Shown here piece after piece: positions 24,480 through 37,609 of a stretch of DNA of 64,000 bases (positions are counted from its first letter, which is position 1; each line of letters begins with the position of its first letter). A program made the position numbers and the translations under genes. Source of the DNA: Felis catus. Its lineage: Eukaryota. The notes beneath the pieces are model-generated. The model was not told where the DNA came from. It saw nothing but the letters and a program-made list of their open reading frames with translations, and ran no database searches. The stretch covers positions 60,514,001 through 60,578,000 of the forward strand of contig NC_058382.1 of assembly GCF_018350175.1 (NCBI RefSeq), in the 5' to 3' direction.

Positions 24480-26020
24480 TTAAGTTTTTTCTTTAAGTTC
24501 CAGTTGGTGAACATGCAGCGTGGTGTTAGTTTCAGTGTTCGGTACAGTCATCCAGCATTTCCCTACATCACCCGGTGCTCAGCACGCCATGCGCCTCCTT
24601 GATCCCCATCGCCCGTTTCCCCCATCTCCAGGCCCCCTCCCCCCGGGAACCGTCAACGTCCCCGTCCCTTTGCTCTTTTGTTTTGTTTCTTAAATTCCAC
24701 ATACGAGCGAGATCGTATGGTATTTGTCTTTCTCTGACTTCTCTCACTCAGCATAATACACTCTAGTTCCATCCACATTGTTGCAAATGGCAAGGTTTCA
24801 CTCTTTGATGGCTGAATGGTATTCCATCGTGTATTACACCCCCATCTCCTTTATCCATTCATCAGTCGATGGGCACTAGAGCTGCCTACACAGTGTATCG
24901 TAAATATGCCGCAATAAACACGGGGTGCGCGTACCCCTTTGAATGAGTGTTTTTGTATTTTGAGGGTAGGTACTTACTAGTGGGATTACTGGGCTGTAGG
25001 GTAGTTAGACCTGTTTTTAACTGTTTGAGGAAACTCCACGCTGTTCTCCAGAGCGGCTGCACCAGTTTACATTCCCACCATCTGAACAAGAGGGTTCCCG
25101 TTTCTCCACATCCTCACCCACACCTGTTGTTTCTTGTGTTGTTGATGTTAGCCATCCTGACAGGTGTGAGGTGGTATCTCAGTGTGGTTTTGATTTGTAT
25201 TTCCTTGACGTGAGTGATGTTGAGCATCTTTTCATGTGTCTGTGAGCCACCTGGATGTCTTCTTTGGAGAAGTGTCTGTTCGTGTCTTCTGCCCATTTCT
25301 TCAATGGATTATTTTCTTGGTGTTGAGTTTTTTAAGTTGTTTTGCTTTATTTGTGTTTTGAGAGAGAGAGAGAGTGTGCGCGTGCCAGCAAGGGAGAATC
25401 CCAGGCGGGCACCATGCCTGGTGCGGAGCCCATCTCTGTGACCGTGAGATCACGACCTGAGCCAAAACCAAGAGGTGGGCGCTCAACCGACTGAGCCACC
25501 CAGGCGCCCCATAAATTTTATTTATTTAAGTAATCTGCACACCCCATGTGGGGCTTGAGCTCACGGCCCTGAGATCAAGAGTCACATACCCTCTTCCTAC
25601 TAGGACAGACATCCCTGTAAGTTCTTTATAGATTTTGGATACTAGCCCTTTATCCAATACGTCATTTGCAAATGTCTTTTCCCATTGCGTAGGGTGCCTT
25701 TTAGTTTTGTTGATTGTTCTCTTTGGTGTGCAGAAGCTTTTTATTTTGATGTCGTCCCAATAGTTTATTTTTGCTTTTGTTTCCCTTAGAAGACACATCT
25801 AGAAAAATGGTCCCATGGCCAATGTCACAGAAATTGCTGCCTGTGCTCTCTTCTAGGGTTTCTATGGGTTCAGGTCTCACATTTAGGTCTTTCATCTGTT
25901 TTGAGTTTGTTTGGTCTATGGTGTAAGAAAGTGGCCCTGTTTCCCTTTGCATGTCACTGTCCAGTTTTCCCATCACCATTTGTTGAAGAGACTTTCTTTT
26001 TCCCACAGCATGTTCTTGTG
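24480..26020 (-). mobile_element. Carnivore LINE-1 (3' ORF2 remnant plus 3'UTR) with SINE insertions at ~25320-25616
   Basis: Minus-strand ORF fragments [51 protein letters not shown] and WECKLVQPLW are L1 ORF2 C-terminal motifs. Confidence 0.92.
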
Positions 26021-26179
26021 TCTTTTGTAATCATGATCTTTAAAAAGTTGAGTTTTGGGGAGAAAGCCTGAAGTCCTACCGAGTAATGCTTTTACTCAAA
26101 GGAGTCGAGAGAGGCACAGAGCACATTGAAATAACGAGGGGGGGGGGGAGGTACCCCAGGGGAGGCGACGCTGCTTGTC

Positions 26180-29100
26180 TGGGAGTATTACAGTGGAAGG
26201 TTATGGAATCTGTCAGAAATGTTCTGGGTTGGAGGAGGGAAAAGGTTGCTGCTTAAATACCTAACCGTAGCCCGCGGTAAGCACCACACCTCCTTAGGTG
26301 CCCATTCCGTCTTCACCTGTGCTGGTAGGCCGTGGTCGTGCCTGGTTTTAAACATTGCTTATCTAAGGCTCGTAAGAACAGAACTTGGTGGGGACGCGAT
26401 GTATGTGGTTACAAGCTCCGAATTTTAGCTCTTTTCTTGCAGCTCTGCTAATAACCTTTGCTTTGCGTAAAGGGTATTGTCAGGGTATGATTATGCAGGC
26501 GTCCTTGGGTTTCCCAGCCATGCTGCCTTTCCGGTTTTGGAAAACGTACCTCTGCCACAGGCCTGTCCAAGGGAAGAGAGGTCTTGAAACCCGAGTTAAT
26601 CCATTTGGGTGGAATTTTAGGCAGAAGATGAAGTTCTTGGCCGAGGCGCCTGTGGGTGTGGTTGTCAGTGTCGCAGAGCGAAAAGCCCCGTCTTTGTTCT
26701 GTCCTGAGAAGATGACGAGGGGGGGGCTGATTACCAGGCGTGGCCCAGGGGTCCTTGGCGGCCCATTCCCCGCTCAGAGAGGGCCAGTTGCGAGTTCTTC
26801 CTGCCTCAACTGTTGAACGAGTCTTAGGGGGAAGTTCAGCTCGTTCCCTACCTTTCCATGATCGTGTGGGCCAAGTGTCTCCCTGCGGGTCCCGGACGGC
26901 CGTGGTGTCATCGCACCAGCGGGCTTGCCGGCTGCCCTTAGATGCGGTGGTGCGGGACCTTGGGTTGAACCGAGGCAGCCCTGGAAAGTGCCCGTCGTCT
27001 GGAGGTTGGCTGGTTGCCCTAGAAAAAGCACGTGGAATAGAAGCCCAATTTGGCTTTCTTGCCCCTGGAGATCCTGAGGTTGGCCGGCTGGCTGGCTTGC
27101 CCTCCACACACCCTCCCACGAGGGGCCCCAGCCTAGGTGGAAACAGCGCGCTGAGGAGACCGGGCGATGGCTTTGTTCGGCCACGCGGAAGCCGTCTCCT
27201 TCCCACACCACGGACGGTGCCTCTGGGTCACCGCGCCGCAGGGACGTGACGGGGCAGAGCAGGACTCGTGCCCCGCTTGGAGCCAGACCTCCGCAAGCGG
27301 AGGGCAGGCCCAGTGAATGGTGACAGGAGCACACGCGGCCTCTTCGAGCGCCTCTGCTGGGTTCCTGCCCTTGTCCGTGTCCGGCTGCGCCCCGCCCTGT
27401 AACTGGCAGCTTAAGTGTCGCTTCCTCTCCGTGGGCTCTGCCTCCTCCCCCGACCGTTATCCCTGGCTGAGGACGTCGTCGTATTTGCACAGTCTGAATT
27501 TACGGGGTCATTCCCCCTCCCCCGCCTCCGGAAATATACGTCCCTTGAGTCCAGAAGCTGCCTGGCCGGCTCGTCTGTGTCTCGCCAGAACTGGCCTGTT
27601 GTGGGCAGCCCCTAACTGCCTTCTGAGCAGAGAGGTGAAACCCCCGTTACTTTGGGGTACGTGCCATTGAAATGTATAGTGGCAGCGGGCAGAAGGAAGG
27701 TCTGCCCCGGAGAGCCGTTGGCACGGGGCGGCTCCTGTACTGGGTGTCGGTGACCAGCCCTGCCTGAGCCCAGTTGGTAGGACCCGGTGTGGACGAGCGT
27801 CGGCCTGTCTGGGAGCAGCTGCTCCTGGCCGCCTCCTCCTGCTCTTGTCCTGGTCCCAGCCCTCCGTCACTCCCCGCTGGCTCCCCGCTGCGGCGTTGTC
27901 CCCACCAAGATGCCGCACGGGCGTTCCTGTGCCGTATCCCCTCCTTCTCCCGGGCCCGGGTCTCTGACGGAGGGGCAACCAGAGGTACGCGCTTGGGTCT
28001 GGAAACAGCCTGCCTTCGCTGGTCCTTTGGCTTGGTCCCCTTTAGTCAACCCTTGCAAAGTCGCCTCTGGCCTCACGGAAAGCGTCCGTCCCAGAGGGGT
28101 GTTTTTCCCCACTGCGTACAAGCCCTCTCGTATCACACGTGGACCACCTGGATGTTTTGTGAGCGGGAGATGCGTGGTTTGGCTCCTACCTCGAGAATCT
28201 GCATTCGCCGTCACCCCTAAGGGTCCCCGTACCCGGCAGGCTCCCTGTCCAGAGGCCCCTCCCGCACACCTGCCACCTCCTCCCTGCAGCCCTCCTGGCC
28301 TCGAATTGCCAGAACAGCTGAGTGGGAGAGTCTACAAGCCAAGTGCTTTTCTTGTCTTCGCGATGCCTTGTCCTGCCTTTTCTCCTCTCTTAGATGTCCA
28401 GTCACTGGGACTCGTGACTTGATACGCGGAGGAGTAAGCCCGTAAACTTCTTTTGCCTAAACCACACAATTTGTGCCCAAGATCTTGAATTACCTTTATA
28501 TGTGTTTGGTGTGCTCCCAAAATACCTTTCAGAAGCAGTTATGTTTCTGGAAATGCTGCTTTGCTCTTGTGGTAGGGGTGGGATTTTGCACATGGGCACC
28601 CTGGCTTGTTTGTGGAGTGGAGGCTGAGGGTCCCCGATGGCCAGTCCCTGGGGAGCCTTATTTCGTATTGAATCAGCAGTCTCTTACTTGCTCTGGAAGC
28701 CACACTTAACCCCGGCCCTACCTGTGGCTCTGTCTCTGCCTGGGCGTCTCTCAAAAGAGCCCGCAGAAATGGACCCCTCTGTGTGAGGTTCCTTCCTCCT
28801 GCACCTGCCGAGTCTGGCCGTGACCATTCCTTCCATCAGGGTTCGAGGAGCACTCAGATTTGTGGGTCTTCAATTTGCCTTTCCCGGCCAGTCCTCCCCT
28901 CTCGGGTGTGTCCGTCCTTCCTTCTACTCATGTATTTGGTTCTGGGTTTGTATCTTACCTGCCATTTGGTTAATAGAATTTGGTGTCATCCATGTGGAAA
29001 AGGGTGGGCTATGCGTTTTGTTCCAAACCTGCTTTTGTCGATCGCTCTCACACTGGCAGTGTGGCCTTTCAGACCTCGGGACAGCAGCCATGTCCCGTCC

Positions 29101-29660
29101 CCAGTGGACAGTCCACGGCGCTCCTCTCGGGCCCCCACACGTACAAAAATCCTTTGAAACGTTTTCTTGGCGGGTGGTATTTTATATTTTCTCCCGTTTA
29201 AATCTACCTGTTCCTTTTATATCTAGATACATAGTATCTCCTACGAAAGGTCTCCCTCTGGTGGCTCAGGGTTTTCACTCTGCAGGGGCCCCGCTCTCCT
29301 CTGCTGCGTGGCCTCGCAGAAGCCCAGGAAGCAGCTGCCTGCCCCGCATTTGAGGAGAGTCCACACCAGATCAGGCACAGAGAGAGTGCGGGCCACAGTC
29401 CTTACCCTGAGCCGGGGAGTCCGGGAGCTCTGAGAGTGGACAGGTTTCCTCGCTCATCTGGTGGCAGACCTTGCCCGACACGATGCGAGGCTGTTTGTGA
29501 TCCTGTGTTTACTCCTTGTGTGGCTGGTCGTGCACCCCCCCCCCCCACAGAAGGATGACCGCATCCATTCCGGGGTGCTGTTCTGACCCCTGCTACATCG
29601 CCTTCTAAAACCAAAACGCTTCTGAATTCCTAGACCACATCTGGCCCCAGGGGTGCTGGC
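26180..29660 (-). mobile_element. Probable old, degenerate endogenous retrovirus/LTR-element remnant
   Basis: SINE-free block; faint integrase C-terminus-like text on - strand (..FHVLF..PHLRAA ~26930-27050), a leader-like segment with ggtaag donor (~29400) and an LTR-like segment ~27250-27690; no intact ORF. Confidence 0.3.
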
Positions 29661-29959
29661 TAAGGGGTCATAGACCAGGATTGTCACCCCCATTTTACAG
29701 ATGCAGCACCTCTGGCACGGTGTCCGTGCCCGCCCCCCCTTCCCGTGGTGCCGTCACGTGGTGCCCACTCACCTGCCTTAGTGCCGGGGCCGCTGTGACG
29801 GAAGTGGCTTCTTGTGTAGATAATATGCAGGCATTGGTTTGTTGTTCTGTTTTGTTTTTATTAAAGCAAGATAAAGACCTGCACAGAGATGTCAAACTGT
29901 GCTACCGTTGTCGACACGGTCAGGGGTTTTTTTGATGTTTATTCTTTTTCTTAGACGAA

Positions 29960-31006
29960 AGTCTTTTCTTTAATTTTTTTAATGTTTATTTTTGAGAGAG
30001 AGAGTACAAGCAGGGGAGGGGCAGAGAGAGGAGGAGACACAGAATCCAAAGCAGGCTCGGGCTCCCAGCTGTCAGCACAGAGCCCGACGCGGGGCTCGGG
30101 CTCAGGAACCAGGGATCGTGACCTGCGCCGAAGTCGCGTACTTACCCACCTGAGCCCCCCAGGCGGCCCGTACGTGGTCATATTTGGCATATCGCCTCCG
30201 AGGTAGTTTTCCGCTAAAATCATGGCCACTCGTTGAGCGCTCGCTGCTCAGGTTTTCTGTGAGGCACCACACGGAGCACCGTGAGCGCAGCGCCTGGCAC
30301 GGAGCAGCCTGTTCTGCCGGAGGACAGACAGTCCGGCTCGAGTGGGGCCTGTGTCCGTGGTCACACTGCCAGGATTCAAGTCCAGTCTCCCCCCGCAGTC
30401 CTATTTTGTAACGCCGGTAAAGTGCGGCGTGCCCTGTGTGTGTGTGTGTTTCCCTGAGTGGGGGCACTGGTAAGGAAACACGAGCAGCCTGGTGTCCCTC
30501 GGTTCTGAAAACTCCAGAGAACCTTGCCCACCCCCTGAGTTCCACGTGGGGCTGTTAGTCTGTCCCGGGTGGGGGTCGCCGAGAGCCTCACAGGTGGTGT
30601 CCCAGGTGTGCACCCAGCAGGTGCACCCCGGACCCCTAGGGCCTCTCCTTGTCCTCTGCTCTCCGCTGTGTCAGCTTGTGGCCCTGTGACCAGGAGGTCT
30701 GAAAGACACACATGATGTGACAGCCGCAGACGACTGAGTGGTGTGGATTTGGCTGTAGAGACGTCGTTCCTGACCTGTGTTTGCATGAGGCTGCACAGTT
30801 GAAGTCATTTTAATTAACCATCACTTGAAAAGCCATCGTACTGAATAAACGAATGGTTAGTTGAAATTTCAGCTGTTGGGGTGCCTGGGTGGCTCTGTTG
30901 GTTGAGCGTCTGGCTCTTGATTTCAGCTCAGGTCATGATCTCACAGTTTGTGAGTTCGGGCCCTACGTCAGGCTCTGTGCTGACAGCTTGGAGCCTGCTT
31001 GGGATA

Positions 31007-31051
<45 letters not shown>

Positions 31052-32600
31052 CCTCGCCCACTCTTTCTCTCTCAAAATAAGTAAATAAACTTAAAAAAGA
31101 AAAAAATTGACGGTATTATGTCGCTGAGTGGTCTATTCATCGTTCTTGTTTGTTTTATAATTAGAGAAGAGACCATACGTCCGGCACATGACAGGGAAGC
31201 CCTCTGTCTCCTTCCTAGTGGGGGTGGGGACTAGACGGCGGCAGCCAGTGGGTAGATGCCGTCTTGTGTTCTTTGGGTCGACGTTGCGTCGTGCGCGCCT
31301 CACGTGTGGTTCGAGCGTTCTTAGCCCTGAGCCTTCTTGGCAGCCGCACGGAACACAGCTCACGTGACCGCTCGCCAGTCTTAAGATGGGCGGGCCGGTC
31401 TCCTCCCTGCCCCGGCAAGTATTGAAAGTAGCAGCTTTGCAGAAATACCTCTTTAAATCTGATCCAGTGCGCTTACTGGGAGCCCTGACCCATGCAGGGC
31501 CACCTCCTGGGCTCCTCAGCTCAACCCCTGGGCCTCGATTTCCAAGTAAAGCAGGAGGACTTGAATGGGGTGTAACCTTTCAGAAGAGTTTTGTTATCCT
31601 AATGAGAAAGAAGAATCTGCCCTCGATTTGAGCAAATAGCACCTGAGGTGTTAGTCTAGCAGCCATCGGCGTGAGAGCAGTTGTAAAGAGAAGGTGCCCG
31701 GGGCACCAGGGGGCTCAGTCCTTGAGCACCTGACTTGATTTCCACTCAGGTGGTGATCTCGAGGTTCGTGCTTAGTGGGATCAAGTCCCGCGTTGGGCTC
31801 CGTGCTGACCGTGTGGAGCCCGCTTGGGATACCCTTTCTTTCTCCCCTTCTGTGCCCCGCCTCCTCAAAAATAAATGGGGAATCATCTTAAAAAAAAAAA
31901 AAAGATTCTAAAGGACGAGAGGAGAGAAGTGTCCCATCATGCCGCAGGAAGCAAACACATCTCTGAGACCTAGGAAATCCTCCTGCGGTTGGACGTGGGG
32001 AGGTGGTGCTTGAAGGGTATGGACTTCCACTTAGAATGTGAATATGTTCTGGAGGTCTAAAAAAAATTCTTGAATAAATTATTTAATCTTTTATTTATCT
32101 AATTTTTAAACATTTATTTTTGGGAGAGAGAGAGAGAGACGGAGAAAGACAGGTCGCGAGCAGGGGAGGGGCAGAGAGAGGGAGACACAGAATCTTAAGC
32201 AGGCTCCAGGCTCTGAGCTGTCAGCCCAGAGCCCGACGCGGGTCTCAAACTCACGGACCGAGAGATCATGACCTGAGCCGAAGTCGGCCGCTTAACCGAC
32301 TGCGCCACCCAGGCGCCCCAATTATTTAATCTTTTAAAAGAAAGAAATTATTCTGTTGGCTCTTAAGGGATATAACTTTCAGGCATTTGTTCTTTTCACT
32401 ATAAAATGCTTTTTTATTTTTATTGTTTTTAACGTTTGTTTTGAGCGAGTGGGGGAGGGGCAGAGAGAGAGAATCCCAAGCAGGCTCTGCACTGTCAGCA
32501 CAGAGCCCAACGCAGGGCTTGATCCCACGACCGTGAGATCGCAGCCCGAGCCAACATCAACAGTCAGATGCATAACCGACTGAGCCACCCAGGTGCCCCA
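29960..32600. mobile_element. SINEC cluster: 29960-30168 (-), 30878-31105 (+), 31699-31905 (+), 32085-32320 (-), 32408-32600 (-)
   Basis: Recognisable SINEC heads, cores and tails at each position. Confidence 0.88.
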
Positions 32601-33123
32601 TAAAGTGCTTTTTTAATAAGTAAATATTTTTCAGGCAGAAGTTATACCATATTTACGCTTTAAAGATAAGCCATCCTGAATCCAGGGTTTGACCTTAGTA
32701 TTTTTCATTCAACAAATGTTTGCTGACCATTTGCTATAAGCCCAACACTGTGCTTGGACCGGTGTCACAGTCCTGCCTGGTCTGAACCCCTGTTCAGTCA
32801 GGCGGGACCGTGGCAGCCGTGACCCATGCTGTGAGGACCTGTGGTGAAAGGAGCCGGGGTGGGAGGTCCTGAGGCAGGAGACTCATCCACCGTCTGAAAA
32901 TGAGGTGAGTCGCGTGTTAGTGTCGGTGGAGAAGAAAGAAGAATGCGGGCTGGCTTCTGAAAGGTCACTGCCAGGAGGGCCCGTGGGGAGTTGGGAGGGA
33001 GCGGGGCACCAGTGGGGAAGTGGCTCCCAGACCAGGCGGCACTTTGGACGAGGGGGGAGACGCTTTGGTGATCCCCATGCCCTGCCCTGTGTGACCCCCT
33101 GGGTTGACTGTCCTAGAGCATCC

Positions 33124-33340
33124 TGGACAGGGTAGGAAGGGCTAGGTCGGGCGAGGACAGGTTAGGACTGGCTGGGATGGGCCAGGACAGGGTAGGATGG
33201 GCCAGGACAGGCTAGGGTGGGCCAGGACAGGCCAGGACAGGTAGGACAGGCTAGGACGGGCCAAGACAGGCTAGGATTGGCTAGGTCGGGCCAGCACAGG
33301 TAGGACAGGCCAGGACAGGCTAGGACAGGCCAGGACAGGG
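33124..33340 (+). repeat. G-rich pentamer tandem repeat (GGACA/GGCTA/GGGTA/GGCCA)n
   Basis: Directly visible 5/10-bp periodicity with GG at each unit start. Confidence 0.88.
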
Positions 33341-34099
33341 GGGCAGTGAGGAGCTCCATCCTGGACCTCCCAGCAAAGATGTCAGCAGGGCACCTGCATA
33401 CCCGCTTTGGGGCTGGGGGTGACCCCTGGGGATGGCGTCTCAACTGAGGGGCACAGGGGAGTGTCTGCAGGTCCGTGGTGACCGAGGCCCTGGGATAGCG
33501 GAGGCTGGACGGGGCTCAGAGCAGTAGTCCGGGTCATGGCTGTTCTTTGGAATTCCTGGGGGTGAAACCCACCCAGGCTTTGGTGTTTGTAAAGCTCCCA
33601 CATTACACCAAAGCTTGGGAGCCAAGGTTAGGAGCTCTGGCCTGAGAAGGCAAGGTTCTGGGTCTGAGCCTGACCTCCCTCCTCCCCACCCCTAGACTCT
33701 TAAACTAGAGGACGTTGGTTTTGAGTTTTAAGAACAAAATATTTTGGCTTATAAATACCGTTTAAATGCACAAAGTTCTAAAAGTGTGAAGTGTCACCGT
33801 TTTCTGCCCAGCATTGCTGCCGGAGGGAAAACAGAGAAGCCTGCTTTGTACTGAGCATTACGTACTTCACGGAGCGTTTTTACTTGGTGTTTTGTGTCAC
33901 GCCTCGACCTTGTAGACGAGCTCTGGCGTATCCCCATCGAGGTTTGGAAAACTGACCTGAATTGCCAAGTGGCCGAGACACCAGTCTCGTGAAAATACCC
34001 TTTCTGGTCTGGGGAAGCCGTGCCTGTTGGTGGACACCCTCCACCTCCCCTCTCTCGTTAAGGTGATTGCCTTTTAAGTCCCGTTGTCCTCTGTTTCAG

Positions 34100-34184
34100 G
34101 ATGACGATCTGGAGGAGGGCGAAGTAAAGGACCCCAGTGACAGGAAGGTGAGGCCGCGTCCCACCTGCCGATTCTTCATGAAAG
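34100..34184 (+). CDS. ZC3H18: ZC3H18 exon 3 (85 nt): DDDLEEGEVKDPSDRKVRPRPTCRFFMK-G, first Cys of the CCCH finger
   Basis: ctgtttcAG| acceptor, |GTAATT donor, phase 0 to 1, in frame with exon 2. Confidence 0.96.
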
Positions 34185-34865
34185 GTAATTGTCTGTGGGG
34201 CCTTGTGTGGTCTTGGCTTTTCCTGGGACTGTGGTGGTGGCTCAGCCCCGCCCAGTGCCCGGAAGCCTGTGCAGGGCTGTTCTTGGGGCCAGACCGTGAC
34301 CGTGGCAGGGTGGCACCGTCCTTTGCTGGTCCTTGCCTCCTTTGACTGACTTGGAGGGGCCAGCCTGGCCGTTTCCACTTTGTGGCTCCAGGCCCTCTGT
34401 GACAGCAGAGCTGTGACCACCCTGTTTACGAGGAGTCCTTGTCCTAAGGCAGACGCCCCGGGCACCAGGGGCCCTACCTCTGTACGGACAGTTGCTGCTT
34501 GTTTGTAAACGTATCCAAGTACATCCTTCATTTGGAATGGATGTCCAAATAGCAAAGAGATAGCCTCTGAGTGCAGCAAGGTCGCTCCCTCCTGGAAGGT
34601 GAGTGGTGCCAGCCACGTGGCTGTGACAGGTCGCAGACTAACGCCACGGGTGACCTGGAACGGCAGCGAGAACCCCGGTCCGTAAGGGTCTCGCGGCCAC
34701 GCGGCGGTAGTTGGGGCCTATTCCTGGTCACTCCGCCTTCTCCTTGGACAGGTGGGAAGGCGTCTGTCTTTGTCTCAGCCTCGCTGGCCCTGGGCGCCCC
34801 GCTCCCTGGCCCGGCCCGCGCGTCTGCTCCGAATTTCACAAGAGCTTCCTGTACTTCTTTTCCAG

Positions 34866-34937
34866 ATGTTGGGACAGCACTGTCCACTCCTCTCCCACCA
34901 ATATCACATCCCATACCACTCAGAGGCCAGGTTAAAG
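34866..34937 (+). CDS. ZC3H18: Putative alternative cassette exon of ZC3H18 (72 nt, phase 1-1): DVGTALSTPLPPISHPIPLRGQVK
   Basis: Polypyrimidine acceptor acttcttttccAG|, donor AAG|GTACAG, length a multiple of 3, no stop in the ZC3H18 frame. Confidence 0.7.
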
Positions 34938-35309
34938 GTACAGAGTATACGCTTTTCCCTCTCTGCTCCAGAGGCCAGACTTCCTTCTCCTGGATCCAGA
35001 ATACTGATGTGAAGCCAGAAGAAGGAAGGGGGAGGCTCTGAGGGGCAGAGAGCGCTTGTGGATCCCAGTTCTTAGTGGCGCTCGATGAGGCTCCCGGGAC
35101 CTTTGCGGACCGCGGGGGGCAGTGGTGGGGGGTGGGACAGGAGGGGCACGGTGGAGTCCCATCTTGCCGAGAGGACAGGCTCTGCACTTGACTGGTCCTC
35201 GGAGGACCCTCTGCCTAGACCTCAGTGACATGACGCAGAGGGTGCTTGGGGCCTGGGTCAGCTCACTCCTCAAGGTACGGGCTCCTAGCCTGTGCCATTT
35301 ACCTGCACA

Positions 35310-35335
35310 GTTTTGTTTTGTTTAAGTTTCTTGAT

Positions 35336-35367
<32 letters not shown>

Positions 35368-35538
35368 CAGGTCGGGGAGGGGCAGAGCGAGGGGGAGAGA
35401 GAGAAGCCCGAGCAGGCTCTGAACTGTCATCACGGAGCCCAGCGCGGCACTCAGGGCTCAGACTCACGAACCGCGAGATTATGACCTGAGCCGAAGTCGA
35501 GTCAGACGTTTAACCGACTGAGCCCCCCCAGGCGCCCC
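35310..35538 (-). mobile_element. Carnivore SINE
   Basis: (GA)n plus SINEC core ending caggcgcccc. Confidence 0.88.
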
Positions 35539-36589
35539 ACATGCGTGTTGTTTCTGCCAAGTGGAGATACTTGGACTCGTGAGTTAGACATGCCCGTGAT
35601 GGGTCCTTTGCACAGCACGTGCTCTGTCCTCAGGAGGGTGGCTGGCGGTTGTCTCGTGGACAGCATAGTCACCCTAAGGACAAAGATGAGTGTGTGGTAT
35701 GTTTTAGAAAGTAAATTCTTAACAGTTCTTTACAAACTTTAGTATTTGAAAAATCAATATTTCAGAAAATTTTGAGGAGAAGACTTCTTTTCCATAATTA
35801 CGTGGGAGTAAATGGTGTCAGCCCGCCGAAACTCCTCACGGGGAGATGCACTTACGCACGTACGTAGATGCGAACGCAGTCATTTCCGGTTGGCACGGCT
35901 GTGGAATCGTTCAGAAGCCTGGCCAGCCCGTCGGGACTAGCCGCGGGCTTCCACGGCAGGAGGCGGCACCGTCCGTCCGCGCCTCGGAGGCTCCGGTCCA
36001 GGTGCTCCCGGGGGTCACAGCCCTGAGGTCGTTTCCGGAGTTTAGCGACAGAAGCACGCGGACCGACGGAGTTGGTCCCGTGTTGGGACCGCGGATGAGC
36101 ATCCTCGGAGGTACCTCGTGGCACGCACAGGGCACCGTCTCCGCAGATGACTCCAGGGCCACGTGTCAGTGGGAGGGAGGTCCCTCCAGAATGCTCAGCT
36201 TGGGTTTCAGAGCCCAAGGCCAGTGGCAGGGTTCTCTGCAGAGAAATCTGAGGCCAGTGGCACCCGGCCTTCTCGGCAACTTGGCTGGGCAGAGTCAGTA
36301 ACTTGTCTCAGCCTCGGTTTTTGAGTATACATTTACCTTTCCCCCTGGATTGTTGAGTGACTCTGCGGAGTAGTGGGATACAGCATAGGAAGAAACGGTT
36401 GATTCTTTGGGCATGCCAAAACACATCTCTCCCTTTTTTTTTTTTTTTTTTTTTGAGCAAGTTTTTGGGTGAAAATGTTTTTGCTTACCTGCAATTTTAT
36501 AAGCTTGGTGTTCCATTGAGACAAATCGTGTAAGTTCCCTTCAGGAGCAGGAGAAGTCACTTTAGAAATAAAACAGAGTTTGTCGCGTT

Positions 36590-37220
36590 TGACGAAGATG
36601 GGGAGAAAGGGGACCTTCACACCCTGCTGGTGGGGACGTGACCTGGTGCAGCTGCTGTAAGACAGTCTGGCGGCTCCTGAGGACACGAGCGTGTAGGACC
36701 ATACGTGACCCCATCGATTCTGCTTCTAGATCTCCACCCGAGAGAGATGAAAACGTACGTCCACCCAAAAACTTGTGCACAAATGGTCGTAATAGCAGTG
36801 TTCGAAACAGCCCACGAGTGCACACAGCGCCCGTGTCTGTCGGCTCATAAATGGTCAGACAGCGTGGTCTGTCTGTACGGTGGAATATTACTCGGCCACA
36901 AGAAGAGTGGAGTACTGGGACCACAGCACGGGTGAACTGTGAGGACGTCATGCTGAGCGAAAGATGCCCGACGCAAAAGGCCTCCTCGTGTGCAAACTGT
37001 CCAGGATAATCCACAGAGGCAGGAACTGGATTAGCCCTTGTCTAAACTGAGGAGCCCGGAGGGAGGGGGAGTGGCTACGGGCAGTGGGGGGGGTGGCTAA
37101 TGAGGGCAGGGTTTCCTTCTAGGATGATGGTTGGACAGCCTTGCGCGTATGTGCTGAAACCCGCGAAATTGTTCGCTTTAGATTGGGACATTACACGGCA
37201 TGTAAGTTATATCTTAATTT
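36590..37220 (+). mobile_element. Old LINE-1 3' fragment, unusually CpG-rich
   Basis: gagagatgaaaacgtacgtccacccaaaaacttgtgcacaaatg..atagcag..ggaatattactcggccac.. typical of L1M 3' ends. Confidence 0.75.
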
Positions 37221-37609
37221 GAGGTTTCTTCCTGAGAAAGTTTGTTAGTTATAGTTCTATTAAAAGATACCCCCAGATTAATCATTCGTTGCCCAAATGG
37301 GTACATTGATATTTGTGACCATTGGCAAGAAAACACAGGAACATAGGTTGAAACGTCTTTAAGCACCAGTACTTTGTTTACGATATGTTTTTACCTCTGG
37401 TGTATTTATGTTAAGTCATCGAGATGGGAAGCTCCCCCTACAGTGATGGAAATAACGTTTTCTTGAAACTATGTCCTACGTTGGGTTTCTGATTGGGCCA
37501 GCTATCAATAGCGCCCAGCCCATTCTGTGGGATAGGCCTCCTGGTCTCTGCTCCTTCCTGTTCTTTCTCCCTCTCCCTTTCTTCCCTGCCCCCCTCCCCC
37601 CGCCCCCCC

